Source of the DNA: Mobula hypostoma
Taxonomy: Eukaryota
Reading direction: 5' to 3'
Assembly (NCBI RefSeq): GCF_963921235.1
Contig: NC_086108.1
Coordinates: forward strand, 2,542,001-2,606,000
DNA length: 64,000 bases
Shown here: positions 1 through 13,342 of the stretch, piece after piece
How the letters are laid out: every line of letters starts with the position of its first letter
Numbering within the stretch: the stretch's first letter is position 1
The notes under the pieces: generated by a model
Told to the model about the DNA's origin: nothing
Databases searched by the model: none
Seen by the model: the letters and a program-made list of their open reading frames with translations, nothing else
Made by a program: the position numbers and the translations under genes

Positions 1-325
1 CTCACTCTCTCCTCTTCCTCTATGAGGATTGGTATGTGTTCCTTCACCTTACCCTTCCGGAAGTCCACAGTCAGCTCTTTCATCTTACTGACGTTGAGTG
101 CCAGGTTGTTGCTACGACACCACTCCACTAGTTGGCATATCTCACTCCTGTACGCCCTCTTGTCACCACCTGAGATTCTACCGACAATGGTTGTATCATC
201 CCCAAATTTATATAGATGGTATTTGAGCTGTGCCTAGCCACACAGTCATGTGTATACAGAGAGTAGAGCAGTGGGCTAAGCACACACCCCTGAGATGCGC
301 CAGTGTTGATCATCAGCGAGGAGGA
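1..325 (-). mobile_element. Rex1/Babar-type LINE RT fragment
   Basis: Minus-strand translation [30 protein letters not shown] is the RT motif seen in the other Rex1-like copies in the window. Confidence 0.8.
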
Positions 326-705
326 TACCGCCAACTCAACCTTCAAGTTAACCTTTAGGGAATTCTGCATGAGGACTCCCAAGTCCCTTTGCATCTCTGA
401 TTTTTGAATTTTTTCCCCGTTCAGAAAATAGTCTACACCTATATTCCTTCCTAAAGTGCATGACCATGCACTCCCCTACACTGTATTTCATCTGCCACTT
501 CTTTGCCCATTCTTTTAATATACAGTAAGTCCTTTTACAAACTCCCTACTTCCTCAACACTATCTGCCCATCCATCTATCTGTGTATCATACTCAAAATT
601 TGGCCTCAAAGTCATCAATTCCATTATCCAAATCCATTGACATATAACTTGAAAAGCAGCAGTCCCAACAGCGACCCCTGTGGAACATCACTAGTCACCG
701 GCAGA
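326..705 (-). mobile_element. CR1-like LINE RT fragment
   Basis: MQRDLGVLMQNSLKVNLKVE on the minus strand; similar to the + copy at 5370-5760. Confidence 0.75.
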
Positions 706-2571
706 CCATCATTGTAGACCCCCCCTTCCCCCCCCCGCTCCTAACAGCAAGTCAACTTTGATTCCATTTTGCATTGTCACCCTCAATCCTTACAGATGAG
801 CTTGCCCACAGAAGTTTGACAAAGGTCTTGCTAACATCCTGTGGGCAATGTCTACACCACTGCCCTCGTCAATCTTTTCAGTCACATTCTCAAAATATAA
901 ACTTAAGTAAGACATAATCTCCCAAAAAGTCATTCTGATTTTCCCTAGTAACTCCTTACCTTTCCAAATGTAAATATGGCCTGCCCACAGAGTCCTTTCC
1001 TGTGGGTGCTATGGTACCATATACTATTACAGCACAAGTGATGCAGGTTCAGTTCTGCTGCTGTCTGGAAGGAGTTTATACGTTCTCTCCGTGACCACTT
1101 GTGTATCCTCCGAGTGCTCACAGTTTCCTCCCACGTTCCAAAGGTTAGTAACATTGGTCCCATGGGTGTAATTGGTTGGCAGGGGCTTGTTAGGCCAGAA
1201 GATCCTGTTACTGTGATGTACTGCTAATTAATTTTTTTTTAATTCAGAGCACTGTAATTCCCTGACTTGTCCTTACAGCCCTCCTTAAACATCAGCCTTC
1301 CCTCAGTCTTTGGTATTTTGCCATTGATAAAGGAAAACACAAAACATCTTTCCCAGGGCTTCAACAATATCCTCCTTTACTTCCCACAACGTCCCAGGAT
1401 GATGAAGGGTCATGGCCCGAAACTGGTTATTCCTTTCCATGGATGTTGCCTGACCTGCTGAGTTCCTCCAGCATTTTGTGTGTGTTGCTCTAGATTTCCA
1501 GAATCTTTTATCTCTTAAAATAATCTGGTTAGAGGTTTATCCATAAAACATAGGAGCAGAATTGGGCCATTTGGCCCATCAAATATGGTCCTGCCATTCC
1601 ATCATGGCTGATTTCTACCCCATTCTCCTGCCTTCTCCACATAATCTTAGACATCATTACTTATCAAGAGCCTATCAATCTCCATTTTAAGTATACCCAA
1701 TGACTTGCCTCCATAGCCGTCCATGCCAATGAATTCCACAGATTCACCACTCTCTAGGTAAAGAAATTGCTCCTCAACTCTGTTTTAGGGGGATGTCCTT
1801 CTACTTTGTGCTCTTCAAGTCTGCCGATACCGCCTTCATAATGTCAGTATGCTTCAGGATATCATCGTTCTCTTTTCTGAACCCACTGGCGTCCAGGTCC
1901 TTAAAATGCAAACAAAGTATTCATTAAGGCCTTGCCCATCTCCTGTGGCTCCATGCAGATAATATAGGTATCTGTTTTCAAAACGTTCCATTACCAGAGA
2001 AAAGAACGTGTCTCCAAATTAGTTCTATCTGAAAAACTTGGCTGTACATCAACTTCTTCCCTGCTAATTACGCATTTTACTGGAGGGGATTTCACATGGC
2101 AATGTTAAAATAAAACAACCAGAAATGCATCATAAATATTTGTAATCATACTGGTCTCCATCAAGGGAGAGACAATAGTCCAGTAGAAGTGGATGTAAAC
2201 AATAATTTAAACTCCTAGATGTGTTTTTGTGTTAATGAAGAAGCCTCTGAGACCTCCTGAGACATCCACGACAACTACTACATTTTGGAGTTGTGATTTT
2301 TAAAAAACGTTATTTGCAGTTTAGTAATATTTGTAAACTAATGGCTTTTGTCTTAATTGGATTTTGAGTTTGTTATCAGACAGGCAAATAGAAATATTTC
2401 ACCAAGTAAGATTGGTGTCCTAATCCCACTGGAAGGCTACGGTAATAGTGGTTAGCACAGCAATTTACAGCGCCAGTGATCGCCAATTGGGGTTCAATTC
2501 CCAACACTTTCTTCAAGGAGTTTTTTATATTCTCCCCAAGGTGTCTGGATGCTGCGATTTCCTCTCACATT

Positions 2572-3047
2572 CAGAATCAAAATCAGGTTTAATATCGCTG
2601 GCATATGTCATGAAATTTGGCAACTTTATGCAGCAGTACATAATAATAGAGGGAAAAACCTGTGAATTACCCCAGTAGGTAGGTGTGTGTGTGTATCGTG
2701 CAATAAAAAAGTAATGAGGTTCATGGTTTTAATGTCCATTCAGAAATTGGATGGCAGAGGGAAAGAAGCTGTTCCTGAATCGTTGAGTGTGTGCCTTCAG
2801 GCTCCTGTACCTCCTTACTGATGGTAGCAATGAGAACAAGGATTTTTTTAAAAACCTGAGTGATGGGAGTCCTAAATGATCGACGCTGCCTTTTTGAGGC
2901 ACCATTCCTTGAGGATGTCCTGGATACTACAGAGACTAGTGCCCATGATGGAGCTGGCAAAGTTTACAACTCTCTGCAGCCTACTTCAATCCTGTGCAGT
3001 AGCTTCTCCCCCACCCACCCCATACCAGATGGTGATGCAGCAGGTTA
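2572..3047 (-). mobile_element. Rex1-like LINE 3' end
   Basis: Similar to the Rex1 3' end at 25474-25860; (GATTCT)-type tail at about 2572-2586. Confidence 0.7.
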
Positions 3048-3982
3048 GAATTCGATGGACATGGGAGGAAGCATGGCGACACTGGAGGGCTGCCTCGCAC
3101 TGCACCGGATCTTTCCATGTTTTGATGTACAGAACATGTGACAAAGCTAGCCTTTCGTCTCCTCTCTGCACCTTGTGGCACATTCAGTGGCAACCTTGCC
3201 ATCTCTTTAGCATTTCTTGTAGTGTTTTTTATATATATATATTGCTAGCTCAACGCTCAACCCAGCACAGATGGAAAGCGTGCAAGGAGCCGGCTGGATT
3301 TGAACCTTGGACCATTTGCCTCAAAGTCCAGTGCTGATGCCACTATGCCACCAGCTGGTACTTCATCTTTCTTTACATCCCTATTTTTTTGGTTTATTCA
3401 TGTTCCACAGGGTTGGGGAATTGAATCGATTAGCATAAACACAGGATGCAATTCTTATTTCAGTATTAATGCAGCATAAATTCCAAATGAGCACATCTTC
3501 AGATATCCTATAGCCTGTCTGCCTCTGGAAACAAGTTCATATGGATCGCAATCCCTCCCCACCATCTGAGTATATTTTTCCTTTCCTATCCATAATGGGC
3601 AGGAATCTTGCTAGCACTCTCCCTGTTCAGCAATGCCATAATTGCAATGTCCAGACAATTCAACATTCCCAGAAAAATCTGAAGTATTTGTGGGACATAC
3701 AGAGAGGGAATATGTCTCAGTCTGCACAGCCTAATATATTATAAAACAGGAGCATTGTTCCTCTGAAACTGGTATAATCCTGTGTTTATAGACAACAGTG
3801 TTAATTTAATGCAGTCATGTTTGCTTAATGCTGTAAATGCTTTAGGCATGAGAGGAACACTAGCCCTCTCCCATCAGCAACTAAATTAAGCCATTATGGC
3901 AGTACAGTCCAATTTCACTAGCAAACTGTGTTTGACCAGACCAATACTGAGCAATATCATACCCAGTGTACCTAGTATAATA

Positions 3983-6333
3983 AATGGCTGTTGTGTGTTC
4001 TTCATGCTGGATGTTGGAGTCCCGGGAGATCCAGAGACTCCCAGGGAGCTACATCTGCGTGAAGTGCATCCGGCTGCAGCTCTTTGAAGACTGTGTTAGG
4101 GATCTGGAGCAGCAGCTGGATAACCTTCAGCTTGTACAGGAGAGTGCGGAGATAATCGATCAGAGTTATAGGGAAGTAGTCAGATCAGGTTGGAAACGGA
4201 TCTCAAGGGAGTCAAGTTGTTGAATGCATATGGATTGGCTTTTTAGAGCAGTTAGTTGTTGAGCATACTAGGGGATCAGCTATGCTGGATTGGGTGTTAT
4301 GTAATGAACTGGACGTGATTAGGGAGCTTAAGGTAAAAGAACCCTTAGGAGACAGTAATCACAATATGACTGAGTTCAACTTGAAATTTGATGGAGGAAA
4401 AGTAAAGTCTGACATAGCAGTATTTCATTGGAGTAAAGGAAATTAGAGTGGTATGAGAGAGGAAAGTAAATTGGAAGGAGATGCAGTTAGTGGGAAGGCT
4501 GAGGATTAGGAAACCTTTAAAACCCTACAGAGAGCAACTGAAAGAATCATTAGGAGGGAAAAGATGAAATATGAAAGCAAGCTAGCAAATAATATCAAAG
4601 TGAATAGTAAAAGCTTTTTCATGTGTGTTAAAAATAAAAGAGAGTGGATATAGGACCACTAGAAATTGAGGCCAGAGGACAAGGAGATGACAGGTGAACT
4701 AAATGAGTATTTTGCATCAGTCTTCACTGTGGAAGACGCAAGCAGTGTGTCAGTTGTTGAAGGGTGTGAGGGAAGAGAAGTGGATGCAGTTACTATTTCA
4801 AGGGAGAAGGTGCTCAAAAAACTGAAAAACCTAAGGGTACATAAGTCACCTGTACCAGATGAACAGCACGCTAGGGTTCTGAAAAAGGTAGCGGTAGAGA
4901 TTATGGAGTCATTAGTAATGATCCTTCAAAAATCAATGGACTCTGGGATGGTGCCAGATGACTGGAAAATTGCAAGTGTCACTCCACTCTTTAAGAAAGG
5001 AGGACGGCAGCAGGAAGGAAATTATAGACCAGTTAGCCTGATCTCAGTGGTTGGAAAGACATTGGAGTCAATTGGTAAGGATGAGGTTATGGAATACTTG
5101 GTGACACAGGACAAGATAGGGCAAAGTCAGCATGGTTTCCTTAAGGGAAAATCCTGCCTGTCGAACCTGTTGTAATTCTTTGAGGAGATTACAAGCAGGA
5201 TAGATAAAGTGGATACAGTCGATGTTGTGTATTTGGACTTTCAGAAGGCCACACATGAAGCTGCTTACCAAGTTAAGAACCCATGTATTACAGGGAAGTC
5301 ACTGGCATGGTTAGAGCATTGGCTGATTGGTAGGAGGCAGCAAGGGGGAATAAAAGGATCTTTTCTGGTTGGCTGCCAGTGACTAGTGGTGTTCTGTGGG
5401 GTCGGTGTTGAGACCGCTTCTTTTTAGATGATGGAATAGATGGCTTTGTTGCCAAGTTTGCAGATGATGCAAAGATTGGTGGTGGGGCAGGTAATGTTGA
5501 GGAAACAGGTAGGCTGCAGAAGAACAGACAAATTAGAAAAATGGGCAAGGGAATGGCAAATGAAATACCATGTTGGAAAGTGCATGGTCTTGCACTTTGA
5601 TAGTAGAAATAAATGTGCAGACTATTTTCTAAACAGGGAGAAAATCCAAAAATCTGAGATGCAGAGGGACTTGGGAGCCCTCGTGCAGAACACCCTGAAG
5701 GTTAACTTGCAAGTTGAGTCGATGGTGAGGAAGGCAAATGCAATGTTAGCATTCATTTCAAGAGCTCTAGAATACAAGAGCAGGGATGTGATACTGAGGC
5801 TTTAGAAGGCACTGGTGAGGCTTCACCCTTGAGTATTTTGAACAGTTCTGGGCTCCCCATCTAAGAAAAGATGTGCTGGCATTTGAGAGGGTTCAGAGAA
5901 AATTCACAAGGATGATTCTGGTAATGAAAGGGTTCTGTACTTGCTGGAATTCAGATGGATGAGGGGGAATCTCATTAAATCCTTTTGACTGTTGAAAGGC
6001 CTAGGCAGAGTAGATATGGAAAGTATGTTTCCCATGGTGGGGGAGTCTAGGACGAGAGGACACAGCCTCAGGATAGAGAGGCGTCCATTTAAAAGAGGGA
6101 TGCGAAGAAATTTTTTAGCCATAGGGTAGTGAATTTGTGAAATTTATTACCAGGTTGTTGGTATATTTAAGGCAGAGCTTAATAGGTTCTTGATTGGACA
6201 TGGCATCAAAGGTTCTGTAGAGAAGGCCCGGGAGTGGGGCTGAGGGAGGGAAGTGGATCAGCCATGATTGAATGGTGGAGCAGACTTGATGGGCCAAATG
6301 GCTTAATTCTGCTCCTGTGTGTTATGTCTTATA
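3983..6333 (+). mobile_element. Internally deleted CR1/HER1-like LINE (ORF1 zinc-finger start joined to degenerate ORF2 RT and 3' tail)
   Basis: ORF1-like MAVVCSSCWM...YICVKCIRLQL...LEQQLD; ORF2 motifs DWKIASVTPLFKKG, NYRPVSLISVVGK, QHGFLKGKSC, KFADD; CR1-type 3' end; many stops and frameshifts. Confidence 0.9.
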
Positions 6334-6455
6334 TACACTGTGTTTGACTAGAACAAAACTGAACAAGATCATGTACACTGTGTGTCTGACCAGAACAAAA
6401 CTGAACAAGATCATGTACACTGTGTGTTTGACCAGACCAAAGCTGAATAAGATGA
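6334..6455 (+). repeat. About 42-44 bp minisatellite (3 copies), with related units at about 3926-3960 and 7076-7110
   Basis: TACACTGTGT(GT)TTGACCAGAACAAAACTGAACAAGATCATG repeated in tandem. Confidence 0.8.
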
Positions 6456-6467
6456 TATAAACACAAG

Positions 6468-7065
6468 GATGCAATGTCGAGGTTTTATAAAGCACTGGTG
6501 AGGCCTCACTTGGAGTATTGTGAGCAGTTTTGGGCTCCTTATCTTAGAAAGGATGTGCTGACACTGGAGAGGGTTCAAAGGAGGTTCATGAAAATGCTTC
6601 AAGGATTGAATAGTTTGTCATATGAAGAGAGTTTGATGGCTCTGGGCCTGTACCCACTGGAATTAATAAGAATGAGGATTGACCTAATTGAAACCTATCG
6701 AATGTCGAAAAGCCTCAATAAAGCGGATGTGAAGAGGATGTTTCCCATGGTGGGGGAGTCAAAGACCAGAGTACAAAGCTTCAGAATAGAGGGGCGACCT
6801 TTTAGAACGGTGATGAGGAGGGTTTTCTTTAGCCAAAGAGTGGTGAATCAGTGGAAGTCATTGCCGCAGGCAGCTGTGGAGGCTAAGTCTTTATGTATAT
6901 TTAAAGCAGAGGTTGATAGATTCTTGATTGGTCAGGCCGTGAAGGGACACAGGGAGAATGCAGGAGATTGGAGCTGAGAGGGGAAATGGATCAGCCATGA
7001 TAAAATGGTGGAGTAGACTGGATGGGCCAAATGGCCTAATTCTGCTCCTTTATCTTATGGTCTTT
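6468..7065 (+). mobile_element. 5'-truncated CR1-like LINE 3' end
   Basis: ORF 6474-6977 (YKALVRPHLEYCEQFWAPYLRKDV...FFSQRVVNQW) is a CR1 ORF2 C-terminus, followed by the 3' UTR. Confidence 0.9.
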
Positions 7066-7869
7066 TCACATGTAATGTGTTTGATCAGACCAAAGCCGAG
7101 CAAGATCACAGGATTGTTTAATACTTAATGTATATTGTTTATCCATGTATTCTCAACAACACTTAAATGGATGTAGGGTAGCGTAGCTGTTAGTGTAACA
7201 GCGCCAGTCTTAAGGAGTTTGTACATTCTCCCAGGGACCACATAGGTTTTCCTTCAGATGGTCCTGCTTCCTCCCACATTGCAAAGATGTACGGGTTAGT
7301 AGTTGAGTGAGCTGTGGCCATGTTCCGTTGGCACCAACAGCAGGATGATACTTGCAGGCTGCCCCCAAGCACTTTCAGATTCTGTTGGTTATTGATGCAA
7401 ACAATGCATTTCACTGTGTGGTTTGATATACATATGGTGAGTAAAACTAAGCAGGGTTCAAGTTAATGAATTGAGAACTTTTTCCCAGTTTGAAACATGT
7501 TAAAATCTTTGTTGTTTTAAGAATGCTATACAAATGCAAATAGTTTTCGCACTTTTGTATTATATAAGAGGAAAAATAGGAGCAAAACAGCAACTTCACA
7601 TCTGTGGAAGTTATTCTGTCTCTTCATGGAATCTACGAACATTACATTTATGGACGTTGTATTGTCTCCCCAACACATCTCTTGACATCGCACGGACTCC
7701 CCGGCACGTCCAGTGACCTCGCATGGACTTCCCGTCACATCTGTGGATATTATACCGTCTCTTTATTTAATTTATTCAAATTGCCGTCAAACCTCTTTGC
7801 ATCTTCCTTGCAATCCATGATGCCGCTTAGTTTTGTCATTAGCAAACTTAGAAATGTTATTATCACTTC

Positions 7870-8880
7870 ATAAACATGAGAGATCCTGCTGGTGCTGGAA
7901 ATCCAGAACAACACACACAAAATACTGAAGGAACTCAGCAAGTCAGGCACTATCTTTGGAAATGAATAAACAGTTGACATCCCAGGCTGAGACCCTTCTT
8001 CGGGACTGGAACGGTAGGGGGAAGACATCAGAATAAAAAGGTGAGGGGTGGAAAAGGAGGATAGCTATAAGGCGATTAGTGAAGCCAGGCCAGTGGGAGA
8101 AGTCAAGGACTGGAGAAGAAAGTGCACTGTAGAAGAATGGGAAGGACAAGGGGACCGGGGAGGCGGTAGCATTAATAGGCAGCTGAGAAGAGGTAAGAGG
8201 CTATAGTGGGCAATAGGAAAAGAGTGGGGGGGGGGGCTTTTTGTTAACCGGCAGGAGAAATCAATCAACATGCCATCAGATTGGAGGCTATCCAGGCAGA
8301 ATATAAGGTGTTGCTCCTCCACACTGAGAGAGTCGACTCATCGTAGCATAAGAGGCGGCCATAGATCAACCTGTTAGAACAGGAATGCGAATAGGAATTA
8401 AAATGATTGGCGCTGGAAAATTCCGCTTTCGCAGATGGAGCAGAGGTGCTCATCAAAGCAGTCACCCAATTTACGATAGGTCTCACCAACGTGGAGGACG
8501 GTCGGATACAATGGATGACTGACAAATGGTGCTACATCACCTGGAAGGACTGTTTGGGTCCCTGAGTGGAGGTGGAGGAGGAGATGAATGGCCAGGGGTA
8601 GCACCTTGGCTACTTGCATGGAATCACGGAGGGAGTGATCACTGCGGCAAGTGGAGAGTTGGGGGGAAGCTGAAGATGTGTTTTGTAGTAGGATCCCTTT
8701 GGAGATGGTGGAGATTGCAGAGAATGATGCACTGGATGTGGAGGCTCATGGGGTTGGTAGGGAAGGACAGAAGAACTCTATCCCTGTTAAGGCGACAGGA
8801 AGATGAGGTGAGCGCTGATGTCTGGGAATTGGAGGAGCTGCGGGTCAGGGTAGCATCAGTGTTGGAGGAATGGAAACCCT
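7870..8880 (-). mobile_element. Penelope-like element 3' fragment (GIY-YIG endonuclease remnant plus pLTR)
   Basis: Minus-strand VGETYRKLGDCFDEHL, ANHFNSYSHS, EEQHLIFCLDSLQSDGM; pyrimidine tract; degenerate hammerhead at about 7968-8010. Confidence 0.8.
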
Positions 8881-8917
8881 ATTTTATTAGTTACTTTACC
8901 CAAGTCCTTGAAATTTA

Positions 8918-9460
8918 TGCACTTAGTGGCCCAATAAAGGGCCCAATAATATCCTGTACCTAATAAAGTGACCACTGAGTGTACGTATGTGATCTTCTGC
9001 TGCTGTAGCCCATCCATTTGACCTGTTGTGTGTTCAGAGATGCTCCTCTTCACCCTTCGTCGTAATGTGTGGTTATTTGAGCTACTGTCACCTTTCTGTC
9101 AGCTTGAACCAGTTTGGCCATTATCCTCTGACCTCTCATTAACAAGGCATTTTTGCCCATGGAACTGCCACGCACTGGATTTTGTTCTGTTGTTCACACC
9201 ATTCTCTGTAAACTCTGTAAACATTCTCTTGTGTGTGAATATCCCAGGAGATCAGCAGTTTCTGAGATACTCAAACCACACTGTCTGGCACCAGCAATTA
9301 TTCCATGGTCAAGGTCACTCAGATCACATTTCTTCCCCATTCTGAACAACAACGGAACCTCTTGACCATGTCTACATGCTTTTATGTATTGAGTTGCTGC
9401 CATATGATTAGTTGATTAGATATTTGTATTAATGAGCAGGTGTACTTGCCCACTCATTCA
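8918..9460 (-). mobile_element. Tc1-like DNA transposon remnant
   Basis: MGKKCDLSDLDHGIIAGARQCGLSISETADLLG (N-terminal HTH) and CACTCAGTGG..TTTATTAGGTAC-type ends; related copies at 33365-33750 and 62420-62950. Confidence 0.75.
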
Positions 9461-10027
9461 GTTTAATCAAAATGCCTTGAAAGCTCTTCTCTTTCTCCTT
9501 GCAACTGCAGAGAATGATGCACTGTCCCACTAAATTTTGTCATTAGGAAACGTAAAAATATTACTAACATCTATTATGGAAGTATGTATACATTATACAA
9601 ACTTGAGACTCCTTACAGGCAGCCTCAAACCAAGAAACCCTAATGAAACCATAAAAAAATGAAAAACACCCAATGTGCAGAGAGAAAAAGAAACAAATTG
9701 TGCAAACAATAAAAGTAAACAAATAGCATTGAGAACAAAAGTGAGTCCTCGAACATAAAGCCCAGAGCAGGCCACAGCCTCGGCCTCAGTTCGTCACAGA
9801 GCAGAGCAGAATGTTAGAGCTCTCAGTCACGAAGCCTGGAGCAGCCGCAACAGGCACACAGTCTCAGCATCAGTGCAGTAAAGAGCCAAGTAAATGACTC
9901 TTCACCAATCTGGATGATTTGCCTCATCCAAATCGTTGAAAATTATAAATATTAGTTGTAGGCAGCCTATGGTCCCACATTGGATACCACCTGCCACCCC
10001 TGAGTAGGTCTCATTATTTCCCTTCAG

Positions 10028-10124
10028 TTTGCTGTCTGTGAGCCAGCGTTCAGTCTATCCCAGGATACTGCCCAAATCCCATGGGCTTGAATTTTGCTCT
10101 CTAACCAGTTGTCTGCATCTTCAG
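10028..10124 (+). CDS. Candidate upstream exon of the unidentified gene (coding or 5' UTR)
   Basis: tttcccttcag acceptor and CAG|gtaagt donor in unique sequence; open frame LLSVSQRSVYPRILPKSHGLEFCSLTSCLHLQ ends phase 0, in frame with exon 18321. Confidence 0.55.
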
Positions 10125-10244
10125 GTAAGTGTCTTCTATTCACAGCTTTTAGCAATTTCTGTACAACTGGCTAGGCAGACTCTGTTTACTTTCCTTTTTT
10201 TAATAGTGGGGGGAGGTTAGAAAACTTATTATTAAAAATTTATT

Positions 10245-10495
10245 GAGATACAACGTGGAATCAGCCCTTCCAGCCCTTCGAGCCTCGCTGCACAGCAACC
10301 CCTGATTTAATCCAAGCCTAATCACGGGACAATTTACAATGACCAATTAACCTAACAACCGGTACGTCTTTGGACTGTGGGACAAAACCAGAGCACCCGG
10401 AGGAAAGCTACACTGTCACAGGGAGAACAGGCAGCGGTGGAATTGAACCCAGGTCGCTGGCTCTGTAAAGCATTCTGATAACCACTATGCCACCG
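10245..10495 (-). mobile_element. tRNA-derived V-SINE/HE1-like SINE (representative; others at about 1010-1220, 2440-2570, 7180-7440, 11510-11690, 15490-15740, 19620-19880, 21140-21460, 52070-52300)
   Basis: tRNA-like head (GGTTCAATTCC B box) followed by the V-domain-like TTCCTCCGGGTGCTCTGGTTT..CCCACAGTCCAAAGAC. Confidence 0.75.
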
Positions 10496-10627
10496 TATAA
10501 AATGTAAATTTATAAGGTGAAAAATAGAAATATCTGACTTGTATTATATTTTGAGATGACATGCAGTTAAGTAGCTTGTAAAGCATTTTTACCATTTAGT
10601 GCAGCATAGTTGTAAGTTGAAAAATTA

Positions 10628-11030
10628 CTTACTGCCTGTTACACCACTGGTGATCAAGGCAGCAATGAAGGTCCTCAATCACTGGCGATGTTCAGGGTTT
10701 CCCTCTTCATGTCAGTAGCTTCCTCTCGATTTTCACTACTGTCAGTCACACTAGTCCGGAATGGAGATTCAGGAATACCATCACACTCAGATGCAGAAGG
10801 ATTCTTCATTGCTGTTTCTGTAACAATTTTGTTACTGTACTGAGCTGAACATCCAAAACTGGAGGACCAGTGGACGGCCCTTAGTTTGGCCTCTACCCTT
10901 TGACCTGTTTGGCATGTGTGACCCTACCAGGAGCCAAAGCATAAATCCCTGACACCAACCAACATAGCTCTCCGGGTCATTGAAGCACACAAGCCTCCAA
11001 ACCTTGCAACAACGTTAGGGTCCTCTTAGA
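10628..11030 (-). mobile_element. Non-autonomous RTE-clade derivative (5' UTR fused to 3' tail); shorter copy at 48478-48720
   Basis: Minus strand GAGAGCTATGTTGG..CTGGTAGGGTCAC.CATGCCAAACAGG resembles Rex3/Expander-type RTE 5' UTRs (recalled, not searched); ends in a TAAG-type tail with no ORF between. Confidence 0.55.
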
Positions 11031-12763
11031 AGAAGTTAAAAAATGCAGCAGGCAATTGCGTGTAGCAAGCTCTCTGAAAGAATGCAATGTAATGCCAAAT
11101 TATCTATTTCACGGGTGGTGTTCTGATGTATGTGATGGTTAAATGTTTGTTGTGTATTGGATTGACATCTGACTGGTAGGAGAGTACTACCAAAAAGCTA
11201 GGAATCCTCAGAATCAGGTTTATTATCGTGGAATATGTTTAGAAACAGAGAAGAGGAATTTCTTTAGTCAGAAGACAGTCTGTGGAATTTGTTGTTACAG
11301 ATGGCTGTGGAGGCCAAGTGATTGGATATATTTAAAGCAGAGGTTGATAAGTTCTTGATTAGTAAGAGTTTGAAAGGTTATGGGGCGAAAGCAAGAGAAT
11401 GGAGTTGAGAGGGATAATAAATGAAGGAATTGCGGAGCAGACTTGATAGGCTGAATAGTCTAATCCTGGTCTTCTGATCAAATGTGTAGTTTTTACTATT
11501 TATTTATTGGGCTAGAGCAAGGAACAGGCCCTTCCAGCCCCTCCAGCTGCGTTGCCCAGTAATCCCCCAATTTAACTCTCGCCTAATCACGGGACAATTA
11601 ACAATGACCAATTATCCTACCAACCGGTACGTACGTCTTTGGACTGTGGGAGGAAACCCATGCGGTCACAGGGAGGGACAATACAAACTGCTTACACATG
11701 TTTTGGTGGCAGCAGTACAGTACACTGCAAACAATTACCATAAGTTATGACAAGATATATATAAAAGTAGTGCAAAATAAAGCAAAATAGTGAGGTAGTG
11801 TTTTTGGGGTCATGAATACTACGGAAATCTAATGCCGGAGAGGGAAGAAGCTGTTCTTAAAGTGCTGAGTGTGGATCATCACTGTAATGCACTGAATACC
11901 ATATGGAACTGTTGGCCTGGGTTATGATGGTATTATTTTATATCGTTACTACTGTAGCTTGTGTGGTAAGCCTTTTTAAATTGCAGAGTTCCAGAAAGAG
12001 CTAAAGTCCCAGCGCCTGGTCGTAGTGACGTTGATTGAGGGATGAATATTGGGCCAGGAGTTTGAGGTTAACTTCCCTGCTGTATGGAATCATTCCACGG
12101 GGTTGGTCCCCGTTCCACGGAGTCTTTCCATGGGATCATTAATCTGTAACACTGATGGTGTTTGCGTCTTGCTTTAATACGTGCAGCCATCGGACTCCTG
12201 GACCGGCTTTACTTGCCTCAGTGCTGAACTGGCTTCGTGGCTGTGGACTCACTTTCGGGGAATCTGCAGCTTATGTTCTGGGTATTATTTGTATACTTTC
12301 TATTGTTTGCACAATTTGTTTTTTTTCACACATTGAATGTTTGTCGTTCTTGGTTGTGTGGAGTTTTTGTGGATTCTATTGTATTTCTTTGTTTTGTGGC
12401 TGCCTACAAGGAGACGAATCTCAAGGCTATATATAGAATTCATACTTTGATAACAAATTTACTTTCAACTTTAAAGAGATCTTTAAATATTAGCTTTATT
12501 TGTTGCATGTACATTGAAACCTAGTGAAATGCATTGTTTGCATTAACAAACAACACAGTCTGAGGATTGTGCTGAGGGTGACCCACAACTCTCACCACGC
12601 TTCTGGCACCAGCGTAGCGTGCCCACAGTTTACCTGTGCATCTGTTGAACGGGTAGGAAACTGGATCACTTGGAGGAACCCCCATGTGGCCATGAGTTGT
12701 ACGTACAAACTCCTTGCAGACAGCAGTGGGAATTGGACTTTAGTCGCTAACACTGTAAAGTTT

Positions 12764-13104
12764 TGTGACGCTTGGGGGGGGGGGTGGAGGGACATGGTCA
12801 GCAGTCCGTCCCTGCATTTCTAATGACCAGTACTGTCTGTTGTTCTTGTGTTAAAATGCTTTTGTGGGATTATGGTGGGAAGTTCTAGTTCATTTATTGT
12901 TACATTTTAGCTTGGATTATACAGTTATTCACTTATGTATTTGTAACTGGGGTGTGTGATGGTCACCTCCCACGTCTGTGTGAGACTGGGGGGGGGTGCT
13001 CTCTGGGTCATGGTGCCCAGTCTGTTTTGTGTCTATCACAATAAAACGCTTGTTGAGTTCAATGAGCTTCCTCGTCTGTCATTATGGACCAAATGCTCAC
13101 CACA
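12764..13104 (+). mobile_element. Short solo LTR (about 340 bp) inserted in a SINE
   Basis: TGTGAC...CACCACA termini, AATAAA at about 13039, near-match 4-bp TSD gttt/gtat; SINE sequence resumes on both sides. Confidence 0.55.
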
Positions 13105-13122
13105 GTATTATGCTAACTGCTA

Positions 13123-13342
13123 ACACACACAGAATGCTGGAGGAACTCAGCAGGCCAGGCAGCATCTATAGAAAAAAGTACAGTTGACATTTTGGGCTGA
13201 GACCCATTTCGGGCCAAGAAGGGTCTCAGTCTGAAACGTCAACTGTACTTTTTTCCATAGATGCTGCCTGGCCTGCTGAGTTCCTCCACCATTTTGTGTG
13301 TGTTGCGTGGATTTCCAGCATCTGCAGATTTTCTCTTGTTTG
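13123..13342. mobile_element. Inverted (palindromic) Penelope pLTR insertion with 13-bp TSD
   Basis: ATGCTAACTGCTA at 13110-13122 and 13343-13355; arms of about 85 bp are reverse complements around about 13207-13220. Confidence 0.85.
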
